This document shows positions 21,001 through 23,260 of a DNA stretch of 31,629 nt, piece after piece. How positions within the stretch are numbered: position 1 is the stretch's first letter; every line of letters begins with the position of its first letter. The translations under genes were made by a program, and so were the position numbers. The stretch comes from a virus. Its lineage: Duplodnaviria; Caudoviricetes. The notes beneath the pieces were generated by a model. That model made no database searches and was not told the DNA's origin. It saw nothing but the letters and a program-made list of their open reading frames with translations. The DNA lies in IMG/VR virus record IMGVR_UViG_3300030107_003910, positions 1-31,629 of that record; one strand, given 5' to 3'.

Positions 21001-22008
21001 GATACTAAGGATGCAATTAAATCACTTAACGCATATAAGGCAGTTGTTAAGAGTAAGCAAGATATTAAGGCACGAGTCAAGAGATCCTTCAAAGGATTTG
21101 ATGGTGTCCAAACACAATTCAAACTCACACAGAATAATGGCACGGCATACTTCCCTGATTCTGAGGGACACATGCTCATATTTGTTAATGGTATTCTACA
21201 ACCTCCAGGTGCTTCTAACGCATACACAGCATTCTCAGATACCATACAGTTTAGTGAAGCACCTACAATCGGGTCTGCATTCACAGGATTCTACGTTGGT
21301 AAGTTAAGACAGTTAGATGACATCTCATTCGACTTCGACTCATTGAGACAGTCATTTAACCTCAAGCGTAACGGAGTATTCTACTCACTAACACTTACAG
21401 ATGGTGTCCAGTCTACGGTTATACGTCCAGAAAACAATATCATCGTTTCGCTTAACGGTGTTATACAGGAACCAGGCGTAGGTTTCGAGCTAGTTGGTTC
21501 ACGAATCATCTTCTCTGAGATACCTCGTGTTGGGTCTACATTCGTTGCATTCTCCTACGTGGGTAGTGAGGCAGACGTTGACGCTGCTGAAGTTGTCCCA
21601 CCAATCGAGCCAGGCGACTTTATTGACATTCAAGGTGAGACTTCAGACAGACAGGTTGCTGTTATTGAATCTTCTAACTCCTTAATCACATTTGACTATC
21701 TTGGATCAGTCTTTGGTAAGGACGCAGTTGGAGCCGCAGCAATCACGAGTGGTACTATTGATAGTGTCCAAGTCACCTCCGTTGGGTCTGGTTACACAAC
21801 TAGACCATCTGTAAGGGTTGACTCCATCTCTGGATTTGACGCACAGATTAAGGCACTGGTTGGTGTTGGTGAGTGTGTAATTTCCAACCAAGGTAGTGGA
21901 TATTCTGCTGCTGGTATATCGGTTGATACTTCAGTACCTGACGACTGGACTGCACCAGATTTGAGTCAATATGGTGAAGAAGTAATTGACCCTGAGATTC
22001 TTCCATAA
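1..22008 (+). CDS. gp7: Giant baseplate wedge initiator / gp7-like virion structural protein (5'-truncated, at least 7,335 aa)
   Basis: Frame +1 is open from base 1 (GGGYEDIPSVYIVDE...KCLDALFVKRL) through the TTG at 412 to TAA at 22006-22008, so the true start lies upstream of the window. It carries T4 gp7-type motifs IKNIKTFYSTKGTSFSVAYLFKLLYGENVSISYP (~490-590) and IQDSYYYQDFSYAVNS...WKDILLRNVHPASFKVFG (~8810-8931). It lies upstream of gp8, as in T4-like cyanophages, whose gp7 homologues are known to be very large. Confidence 0.88.
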   Translation, partial: GGGYEDIPSVYIVDERTSNPGTGATATASIFNGSITDINITAFGSGYSAAAPPTIFIQPPPHASASVDIGLGEVTGFNVIQSGKNYEKCRLTGCARAASGIKEYTEEGNAVFSGDTLAAAHAVDSSVKCLDALFVKRLLDKYTEQFLPDVPQLDYDSIDVRSAIKNIKTFYSTKGTSFSVAYLFKLLYGENVSISYPKDQITKPSAATWSINTILRATLVSGKPSDIQDALIQQVADIADPNIKAASALVENYISIKTSDLEIFELVLSEETIQGTFIVPYKTKLAEPLTATSDIITVDSTIGWPERNGEIVIGGLETVRYKEKSLNQFIECTRASNAQIWDSATEVKSNFVVYLNKGTLQEVVMNVVGIVDANQTTLTDTGSYYLPGDKLTVSKLGGTSITPQLTTWLYNVKKLINVTSIAYGGVNNQSATVTCANPHGLLVGDQVTIYGANPILYNGSFLVTSRDSTTVFQYQLPQPAQVVPQGNILISVDLNKGKSTNSAIGNAIGPYTTNVQNTFFNTSYVYVASTGIPNYEIGPFPGSALLPGNQRKLNRFALTPTTISTKTDIVPGPIGTWVNGVSIWSYKSKTTKTFGAVTSISITNAGSGYDAASPPAMTISGGAGSGAAATVTVDGAISAIDVSAGGTGYTSSPLVSIVGGGGSGAAATAIITKGIVSRVLINSGGSGYTSQPEITIVGGGGSGATATASVRGPIKTVNITTGGASYTSKPSVTLSSGSGAVAQAIVNNGRIISIAIISAGSGYTTAPEVSIQGSGFGAVAKATIDVDGENAGKVTGITITNKGIGYIQGTTVINLTSIGINATFTPNVFEWTYNLQETSTFDTAKGAVFEGYNVQYGGEYSHLSNPQKLRYILGDNLYEDASGAILEQDVQLTHSPIIGWAFDGNPIYGPYGYSDPTNQTSQVARLNTSYSLKTNLVYDAVSNPYPVRTDGPLLTDEAAGKFVEDYQYVFGSGDLDQYNGRFCKTPEFSAGRYCYFVTIDAAEAGNPKFPYILGPSYNSVVDTWNLVDAAVQQNIPTGVVRYRDPYENVDIDVERTPNASTNALTTESGDTLLFDAEDENRDGIITQDEIDDPEQMFEESPLQLFDYFPKVRFDSKVDIEVDTITKFEDASVTGFTIENPGISYQVNDRLIFDNTDTDGSGVSARVSRIKGETVESYTYETLDGVNYGILTSVDPHNLLAGDTVFVDYTPTMDNTNKTFVVRQYKGIEEVVVNTIGSGYNTDIPPTVIIDSDSGTGGSIEATVSSVGSIESFKILNSGSGYTENPRVILSHPQVFKKCDYYASLISNNDYVKVNDIYVNTNKEVYVCGKTKDTSGNVVGIVAKLSATGVKEWEKTLESTAPSGSATFLEFNKIYVDGNDIWVAGTNRPNIPVLEAYNPDIILCKYIEAANGLSAGLSIQKAYAGISGSTREDYVTALTKLSSSPNRFIMGGYTNTNSANPFDAFLAVVDTAGAFVVKRKLATAAGNEKITDITIGSDGAVYFTMETSTSASSNDINVSLGKATVGINAITVDWIKEISNTLYSFQDASVCFDEYDEFYVTATCRLKSDDVTKDSFWVGKFTNAGAVLWNKRFVAPARDIVMVGKSKIDIFGDLNVAYTHSASQVDGKKMVNTAKIKYNGTMLNHTSNELRVATNTTNTIEGFTAHSLDVDQSGDVHIFGQASHNRNEFIYDFASNGVADITGHYTLVTGATTNSVTLADNMAKIYGYNPAGSNSSWVNAYLSVSNTQLGTKLGDDWTLEFFIHKKSTESQTLSQGFQTLVGIGGAQDATGGLWLGYNTSNGKLTFVVTNSTTTIAAGSAIESTQTTMYADNTWQTIGVSKNGNVFKAYVNGIEVISGSQSGTSLGNKTLYFGNQIGFGSGAADFSAGKQGQFYIDNIRLRNRAVVPSVPSDITTLPPVASYGLTFDWVDDAWFTNHLNKFDYIDYNAVGFKVDKNADAARIGTLTTFTNTQLSLTRAAISPVVGSTLTLGNVGLSLGDAGFQSLDYDDASVSYTEATESMTYAQDTWSSRTGTVPSPGSTKVKATAVVKDRYFFKVTDTSKIDNIQELTINQPFSFTVGAKLMLKNGSTFVNSGYITSIDSANNKIYVAVNNNSWSNDTATGQLTTERFDEQSTYGIRGPIPNDINEITGYTFAEVNNTTPGTFDINLDKYNLDGTYNAAGGQNLDGFAKFKAWSGTNYTVRIDEVAAGSTYIVGSVVDVPAGQTSFNAAYSTLQITGLTAVLKITVIANLEKILQVSSVANSDQVYVITSTSHYLNSGEMVYVDGNPSQTYNSVVYDEYDGAFFVDKIISVKEFTYKLPQAAVTDPATTAGNVSIYVKSPTLKMFYGHQYIFDLSHSSLVGGNLSFAKDSLYKLEYSFNSIERIGTPGVTGQGVPSPSVKFKVDEDVVTNISYYFDPSRTTSATSPVIPGSYLDVVDSPYKGTFAITSTSGKTITRGDDAMRFILANEPEAAAEVSPSSYSTSSVKAVGSISAIRIVNSGGFYTRLPIINNIESTRKIERVDVKTPGTEYAVGQYAGVPIAGDGEGGLVSITVEDGTDAEGVTIPGQISGVAVTSPGKNYTTASIDIDSIPGILGSGLTGSGAELVVVIPSSGSGASIFTKGDKVGKIKKLKNNNFGYDYPHDYTLRPEITFPLNCQLTSTSILASITVTDPGSGYSQAPAVVITGGGGSGAVAEATIKNGRLDNIIVKDPGAGYSSTPTIALRSAFNYVVNLDLGLLQFAFPHGIVNGSPITLNVVDTGDGTDFPLAAGAIGRLNASTTYYAIAGAANSLETDQLKLAITASNAALGDAISFVNAGTGRQQVLTESFGGAATANVATSVFDEGELVYQGDTFATSTATGYVSENNGWQIGPRILKIVDYTGDFIEGQKITGVISKSSGVISDLNIAKGVLEIGSITQTTGQFIDDVGKPSEIIQKIQDSYYYQDFSYAVNSATSISEWKDILLRNVHPASFKVFGELNLQEYGSIPNKETAFQLTKSVELAQSAIVPNIQNFALVEPIYQEFNNTEVLFRQKRLTSSENILTSVVQRIDDISQLFDGERIAFPLTVSGSNVVANANQLMIILNGIAQTPGISFQVQSDNIVFSEPPQPPASVKYASITVTQIPTKKFTFNNISGIFPTAGQYVTGTTSSAKFRVTSVVGNDINGYITEGTFVVGELMIVSATGFAANLATQTDVVNNGLFLFGEVVTNFEGNTAKVEEINLAKGQETPLAKLRYTIGQSTTSFEVVPVTGAPAALPAGTFVATKNYQFGSEIFLVNSITDGAESTTLGVTRAQVGTAASAQLEDTPLYGTDITITNSLVLSKTTGTYQSTPGLFDIQLSDVIIAAGSGVVATVASTSPYQDPVTNEFISQVNISEGSSFFGLLFNRIASQTYPNVVLDNIAESQISIVDFTDNLTAFDSKFPANELINNYVIKTENILGTFQENEFIRNYKIDYGNNSGTFLENEPGFIRKLTFTDKQGAGFFNQGNIIRSKTSKAEVIGYNQARSTIYLGKMARSTANGSDFHSVTFKGGAQLDTAQKKFGTASLLLDGTGDYLTIPTNQEFGFGTSAITIEAWIRPANVTGEHTIIDTRTGSATDTALRLYTDGTAIKVDVGNTTVATGGTVAINTWYHVAVTKTGTSTKLFLGGTQIGSTFSDSNNYGSTKPVNIGADYVGANAFNGHIDEVRISTTARYTGAYTLPTGIFQGDDNTKLLYHFDGVDAATYIDDWSGTGSWVDGDYFNNDAILSTKRKTGGNLSAHSLNTHRYLNAADLLLSNKTFLAKEVVWRLENQSPYSPFSVLSGSVNCSDDVDDIIEALVKDLRNGGNSYLWDAAALYVNRDVTPITVNHIETEVEETIWVHEELSKLAQQIITNQFIQVLGDHGLTQVTDTTITDSTNASLSTLTPSTGTYDTSTGELTLTKASHGLTAGVAITATGATYDAETGIMVVTSNGHGLNPGDKVKMEDGAVTFTCDMDGNKSEHAYPRADDPASEKWIEVGVVSTNTFEIFVGKKPLVAYKPTAASYDAATGLMALTIGDHNFSAGQTIKLAKDSLKFTCAMDDNNSIKSYPRVTDPVYDEAIPIKYEGTPYTPTGAIYTPTTGQMVVTLIGHGFAVNDQVKLSAGAVSFSCAKDNDKSDHSYPRATDPVANSWITISAVTTNTFTIDVGKSPDISAHTYLRWDYNSVVKKDTTVQLDVGKAPLIQHDVSAAAYTPATGAMDITIGSHNLLVGDSIKIADNGLTFTCAQDSNATNHTYPRTDILNHTATGATYNPTTGVMSLTVNGHGMLNGDWVKLDANSLTFTCAADSNGTNHTYPRATDPIASKWIKVSNVSTNAFDIQVLDSAPSTNTSAHVFVSATTNGIKQKKDRAYDTAIEVTGVGTTNLTAASGTTYNPSTGVLSITAASHGLTGATQHTPTAASYVPTTGILTVTLSSHGFSNGDRIQIVDNSLTMTCAKDSDATFHTYPRSSDPVSGKWLPITKIDTNTFTVNVNKSQDLSTHTFISWASNGLLRARDMVKFDADSLTFTCVKDSNGSNHTYPRLTDPLASQWVPVTNVATNTFEVNTGPSTYTGAHTFVSATSNGIKKQSGVISINVGISSNTTTHAFVSATAGAIKAGGVYAHTFKNADNTYTPSTASYVPATGVLTLTINGHGFVNGEWVKIADSGITFTCAQDSNATNHAYPRAAGATFTATTGTAYNPSTGILSITTTAAHNLANGDEIKIANDSLTFSCAMDGNTVNKTYPRASDPVSARWLKVSNVASTTFDVQVLDITPSSNTSAHTFVSASASGIQTRDPASGTWLKISGVTTNTFDVNVSASSNTSTHAFVSAITGCVSRAVMMSGGDHAHTFVSGKTNAFHKDGSYITLDKESLTFECALDEFASEHSYPRTTDPFYNKALPVVKSTTNTFTVNVGQSTQGDDYIPYTPTAATYTPSTGVMVLTIGAHSLSTDDFVEIEDNSLSFKCSMDNNQSTKTYPRPAHDTRTSGKRVAVAAIGSTDHTPAFAAYNPTTGVVTITIDAHGFSAGDRVKFDAGALTFTCAQDSNATNHAYPRTTDPTYGKWLPISNVTTTTFDVQIGPSPNTTVHNWVSATANGLKRQNGQITVNVGTAGTNAQFTPSAATYNAVTGDMTLTIGQHGIQVGSNIVIANDSLTFKCAMDGSTANKTYPRATDPFGQSKSIRVDEVGYTSKTATTVAYTPGTGVMTITVPSHGYSNNDYIQIVEGSLVMRCALDGNQTDHAYPRKTDPYYGKWLKISNVATNTFQVNVGISSDITTHTFVSAATDGIRKQSGVITVNVGKSPAIGYDVDAASFVPATGLLTVTIGEHSLTTDHKVKIANNSLTFTCAQDSHGSNHTYPRANGQGGASADDPAYDDAVAITAVTSTTITLNVGTSSNTTAHTFVSANSNYTATGATYSPTTGLLTLTVNGHGFANGERVKIADNSLTFTCAKDSNATNHTYPRPSDPVSGKWLTVSGVTSNTFQVQVLDSLPSTNISTHAFVSATANGIKRAVIHTGGDYTHTFQSASSNAVSYTPDSTHLFVSARGGAVKKWLHTHKWVKAIADCVKILGYNNSDCSDVQSTVDNLLSVIIDTLIEANQAVAVDHLATITKLTPAHEYVGATTDAFLAIPFNIDDIATGLAYTRRVDLATRDRFRDAADLIRLNRGPIVDKASADMLTRYPELVLGMPRNADASGAGTLRCKTDLGIILDAIANDIEDGGNYNTLIAVKNYLGTNDEIQHVRLQLLQSLYAHNRLGLYAKQAVTGDLDDTNTDSVVIGDWGITQDTATNFTPSAATYDPLTGDMVLTIGSHTLTVGRKINIAAGGLKFTCAMDGNSAAKDYPRATDPWYNKNILIKAVAATTITVNIGASPSKYFTPTAATYEPTTGVLVLTIGAHNLAVGTAIQIANQSLTFTCAQDSHGSNKLYPRANGQGGASADDPAYNDAVAITAVDDNTITVNVGTSSNTTAHLFVTAAADAIVTGGNYAHTFVSAVANSVTAPGDCTNVKDALQTLIELANETLAPNGDRYRDAGDLLHFNKDYIAEEAVGLLDAEFSYTLNNILYQSFAYPGGATGKDTCKKDIKLLLDSVISDLQTGGNSNTIRAIENYIATSGGIKQVEDQLLSTIYAFQQVKRLGKLAIINNLYNQGQAGLTGDQYAAFWTTETAYRDATITDSKGDTAYLSDDCVNAVNSFENLMDIVIDTLSPSDDTGRSAGRMILNNKNYYDQELENLVNSQWGSGAWSTDINTFLDTTIDDVIHDLAITDTSKFDTARNITLTNVIGEFVVGETVTSSGGGYATVKEYLSDSLTLVIGSVTGRNWASVDDLTGTSGATAVVNVVGDIYDYYTTVANVQSLATTRVIVTGIADQVANINLFTNPEDFTANWTSTKSSIDGNVHADPDDQLLAEKVVVDSTTGEHTIHRNYNLTAYDTFDDSTIKWDSGNEKFDEGAVATDQTFTFSAFIKKAEYDKVRFQMVLDPGTTAEQNAFFDLDLSNASFGSIFTPQQGITANAYGSVPVGGGWIRAFIQITFSYGFTTLQNKIIVKNSGGSTNYAGDGVSGVYVWGSKLTKSALDPYVSAYGTTFYADNDFNIKNYILDTLQTQIDQALNQTLVSPSPGSSFYSFTSATLANDYDSLSIMRVVRYLLGMVRKQLVDNSHYTTIINQSGIVTPAKTYGTRNLPIPLGGGINNADNFFGATSGAYAEVESVTKNEAKLVQIYSRFRIDGTITDGPFTMNEAIQKQGDNTKTGIVYGFHEDANFKYVDVKITAGTFAVTDNIVGAANSTTCQISNIETRMHFIDKVGTFDASVGFQGYTSGATADVNSNITAEAAVLTNTGGKLVVDTETLTGTFEKTAVVYAENSRQYLEVSKFNGLDVAIGNRIVSDGYTRIGISILTGLNSFTVGNRLYKVQSGVQDNANYGIITSVDLDNNYLYYAPVMGTITNGNIVGDYGAGESFPVGYAQVTTSVVTAGAAGALVQDIETVGVNKRIYMSDIVGTFDTKDAIKSLNAYKAVVKSKQDIKARVKRSFKGFDGVQTQFKLTQNNGTAYFPDSEGHMLIFVNGILQPPGASNAYTAFSDTIQFSEAPTIGSAFTGFYVGKLRQLDDISFDFDSLRQSFNLKRNGVFYSLTLTDGVQSTVIRPENNIIVSLNGVIQEPGVGFELVGSRIIFSEIPRVGSTFVAFSYVGSEADVDAAEVVPPIEPGDFIDIQGETSDRQVAVIESSNSLITFDYLGSVFGKDAVGAAAITSGTIDSVQVTSVGSGYTTRPSVRVDSISGFDAQIKALVGVGECVISNQGSGYSAAGISVDTSVPDDWTAPDLSQYGEEVIDPEILP
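1570..3045 (+). other. YHYH-like domain (degenerate) split by the Gly-rich repeat block
   Basis: YVASTGIPNY...GPIGTWVNGVSIW-[repeats]-...HSPIIGWAFDGNPIYGPYGY...EDYQY...DLDQYNGRFCKTPEF...YCYFVT...FPYILG. Confidence 0.65.
1783..2484 (+). repeat. Six tandem ~38-aa Gly-rich 'GxIxxIxIxxxGSGYxxxPxVxIxGGGGSGAxAxA' repeats
   Basis: Six consecutive units visible in the translation. Further copies occur at 1-260, ~3670-3870, ~7460-7850, ~7990-8170 and ~21750-21920, and in the 23261 and gp8 ORFs. Confidence 0.85.
3232..3267 (+). other. EF-hand-type calcium-binding loop
   Basis: DENRDGIITQDE matches D1-x-N3-x-D5-G6-x-I8-T9-x-x-E12. Confidence 0.55.
3925..5050 (+). other. Probable beta-propeller domain
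   Basis: Repeating ~55-aa blades of the form DIxVDxxxxVYVxGxT...xxVxKxxxxGxxxWxKxL (e.g. DIYVNTNKEVYVCGKT...IVAKLSATGVKEWEKTL; DITIGSDGAVYFT; SLDVDQSGDVHIFGQ). Confidence 0.6.
5200..5712 (+). other. LamG / concanavalin A-like lectin domain 1
   Basis: DDWTLEFFIH...GLWLGYN...DNTWQTIGVSKNGNVFKAYVNG...LYFG...FYIDNIRLRNRA follows the LamG motif order. Confidence 0.75.
10576..11160 (+). other. LamG / concanavalin A-like lectin domain 2
   Basis: KKFGTASLLLDGTGDYL...AITIEAWIRP...NTWYHVAVTK...LFLGG...VNIGAD...FNGHIDEVRISTTARY...TKLLYHFDG. Confidence 0.85.
11299..16785 (+). repeat. Helical phycobiliprotein-like repeat H1 (interrupted by tree 1)
   Basis: RYLNAADLLLSNKTFLAKEVV...NCSDDVDDIIEALVKDLRNGGN...TDTTITDS-[tree 1]-NNSDCSDVQSTVDNLLSVIIDTL. 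Cys codons at 11422 and 16729. It aligns with H2 and H3. Confidence 0.7.
11716..16710 (+). repeat. 16 nested copies of a ~104-aa beta-rich domain (tree 1) inside the gp7-like protein
   Basis: Consensus TPTAATYxPxTGxLxLTIxxHG/N...GDxVKIxxxSLTFTCxxDxNxxxHxYPRxxDPxxxxWxxIxxVxxNTFxVNVGxSxxxxxHTFVSAxxxGI. Sixteen C-x-x-D...YPR cores were counted. Units interrupt each other rather than being tandem. Confidence 0.92.
16960..18066 (+). repeat. Helical phycobiliprotein-like repeat H2 (interrupted by tree 2)
   Basis: RFRDAADLIRLNRGPIVDKASADMLTRYPELV...RCKTDLGIILDAIANDIEDGGN...DWGITQD-[tree 2]-PGDCTNVKDALQTLIELANETL. Cys codons at 17104 and 18010. Confidence 0.75.
17371..18000 (+). repeat. 2 nested copies of the same ~104-aa domain (tree 2)
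   Basis: The outer unit FTPSAATYDPLTG...CAMDGNSAAKDYPR...VNIGASP is interrupted by a full unit (17617-17946) and completed by GGNYAHTFVSAVANSVTA. Confidence 0.9.
18082..18615 (+). repeat. Helical phycobiliprotein-like repeat H3 (uninterrupted, 178 aa)
   Basis: RYRDAGDLLHFNKDYIAEEAV...GKDTCKKDIKLLLDSVISDLQTGGN...RDATITDSKGDTAYLSDDCVNAVNSFENLMDIVIDTL. Cys codons at 18235 and 18559. Confidence 0.75.
19120..19740 (+). other. Carbohydrate-binding-module-like jelly-roll domain typical of phage fibres
   Basis: NLFTNPEDF...W...DPDD...AEKV...TFTFSAFIK...FFDL...GGGWIRAFI...YAGDGVSGVYVWGSKL...PYV resembles the common phage NLLxxSExF...NGWYRC...GDGxSGxYxWGAQLE domain. Confidence 0.6.
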
Positions 22009-22011
22009 ATA
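22005..22011 (+). promoter_or_regulatory. T4-like late (gp55 sigma-dependent) promoter ATAAATA, overlapping the gp7 stop codon
   Basis: Sequence ccATAAATAact. T4 late consensus is TATAAATA (cyanophage nATAAATA). It lies 19 nt upstream of the ATG at 22031. Confidence 0.7.
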
Positions 22012-22030
22012 ACTAAAAATTGTAAGGTAA

Positions 22031-23257
22031 ATGGCTAAACAAACGCTAGGTCTAGGATCTGCTGCTAACGATAATACGGGTGATACCCTTCGAGTCGGTG
22101 GTGATAAGATTAACGACAATTTTAATGAAATCTATACAGGCATTGGTAATGGCACTACGTTATCTCTTAGTGTTACTAATGCTGCTGTAGGACAGGTATT
22201 GCGATATAATGGGTCTACTTTCCTTCCATCCGACTACACAAACCTTACTGCTGGTCTGGATGTTAATGGAAATAGTATTGTTTCATCAAGTAATGGGAAT
22301 ATTAATATTGCTCCGAATGGTACTGGTAACTTAACACTTGGCGTTGGTGGTGTTACTAATACATTTACAGGAGCAGATGGCATAATTGATATGCCAACTA
22401 AGGTAAAATATAAAAATGAATGGGCTAGTCTTGGTGCTGCACCTGCTGCTGCAACCTATACTGGATACTTTTTTACAGTTGATGGTGATGATAATCCATA
22501 TGTAAATATCAACATAACTGCTGGTGGTGTTGGAGATACTAGAGCAAAATTATTAACACAATATTCAGGTGTAAATGACTTAGTAGACGTTGATACAAAT
22601 ACTGCTGCACCTACAAACGGACAAGTTTTAAAGTGGAGTAGTAGTGGAAGTAAGTGGGCACCTGCTAATGATGATTCAGGTATTTCCTCACTCAACCTCT
22701 GGGCATCAGTTGCTGGTGATACAGGATCAACTACTGCTAATACAGGATCTGATACTTTAACGATTGCTGGAGGCACAAATATTACTACCGCCGTTTCAGG
22801 GGATACTTTAACAGTTAACTTCTCTGGGACTCTGACAACAACATTTGCTGCTTTAACAGATACAGATGTTGGTGGTCTTACCCAAGGCGATTCACTCTTT
22901 TACAATGGCACAAATTGGGTGCCAATTCGTAGTCCAATAACTTGGTGGGAAGTTAATGCTGATGGTGCAAACCATTATACTATTAACGGACCAGGTTTCT
23001 CTGCTGCGACAAATGACCCAACATTGTATGTCCAAAGAGGACAAACATATGCGTTTGATAATTCTGTGCAAGGTGCTGGTCACCCCTTCAGAATTCAGAG
23101 CACAACTGGATTAGCTGGGACTCCTTATACTGCTGGTCAAACTGGTAGTGGAATCACAGTTTTATATTGGACTGTCCCTATGGACGCTCCTTCAACTCTA
23201 TATTATCAATGCACACTCCATGCATTAATGAATGGTACAATTAACGTAGTAACTTAA
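22031..23257 (+). CDS. gp9/gp10-type trimeric fibre / baseplate-attached protein with C-terminal cupredoxin-like domain
   Basis: The N-terminus MAKQTLGLGSAANDNTGDTLRVGGDKINDNFNEIY matches the T4 gp9/gp10 N-terminal motif (DGTGDxLRxGGxKINxNFxExY). Fibre-type repeats follow (VNDLVDVD...PTNGQVLKWS...KW; FAALTDTD...GDSLFYNGTNW). The C-terminus is GHPF...LYYQCTLHALMNGTINV. The ATG is preceded by an in-frame TAA and an ATAAATA motif. Confidence 0.8.
   Translation: MAKQTLGLGSAANDNTGDTLRVGGDKINDNFNEIYTGIGNGTTLSLSVTNAAVGQVLRYNGSTFLPSDYTNLTAGLDVNGNSIVSSSNGNINIAPNGTGNLTLGVGGVTNTFTGADGIIDMPTKVKYKNEWASLGAAPAAATYTGYFFTVDGDDNPYVNINITAGGVGDTRAKLLTQYSGVNDLVDVDTNTAAPTNGQVLKWSSSGSKWAPANDDSGISSLNLWASVAGDTGSTTANTGSDTLTIAGGTNITTAVSGDTLTVNFSGTLTTTFAALTDTDVGGLTQGDSLFYNGTNWVPIRSPITWWEVNADGANHYTINGPGFSAATNDPTLYVQRGQTYAFDNSVQGAGHPFRIQSTTGLAGTPYTAGQTGSGITVLYWTVPMDAPSTLYYQCTLHALMNGTINVVT
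22940..23254 (+). other. Cupredoxin-like domain with complete type-1 copper ligand set
   Basis: His at 23081 (GHPF), then Cys 23210, His 23219 and Met 23228 (C-x2-H-x2-M, amicyanin-type spacing), followed by a terminal GTINV strand. Confidence 0.75.
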
Positions 23258-23260
23258 TAA

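Noticed and set aside
1-22008. Inteins, introns or homing endonucleases explaining the size and nesting of gp7
   Set aside because: No intein terminal motifs (C/S...HN-C/S/T), and no LAGLIDADG, HNH or GIY-YIG motifs were seen at or within the inserts. The reading frame is continuous.
22940-23254. Calling the Cu domain the auxiliary metabolic gene petE (plastocyanin)
   Set aside because: It is fused to a fibre protein, has no signal peptide, and has C-x2-H-x2-M rather than plastocyanin's C-x2-H-x4-M spacing.
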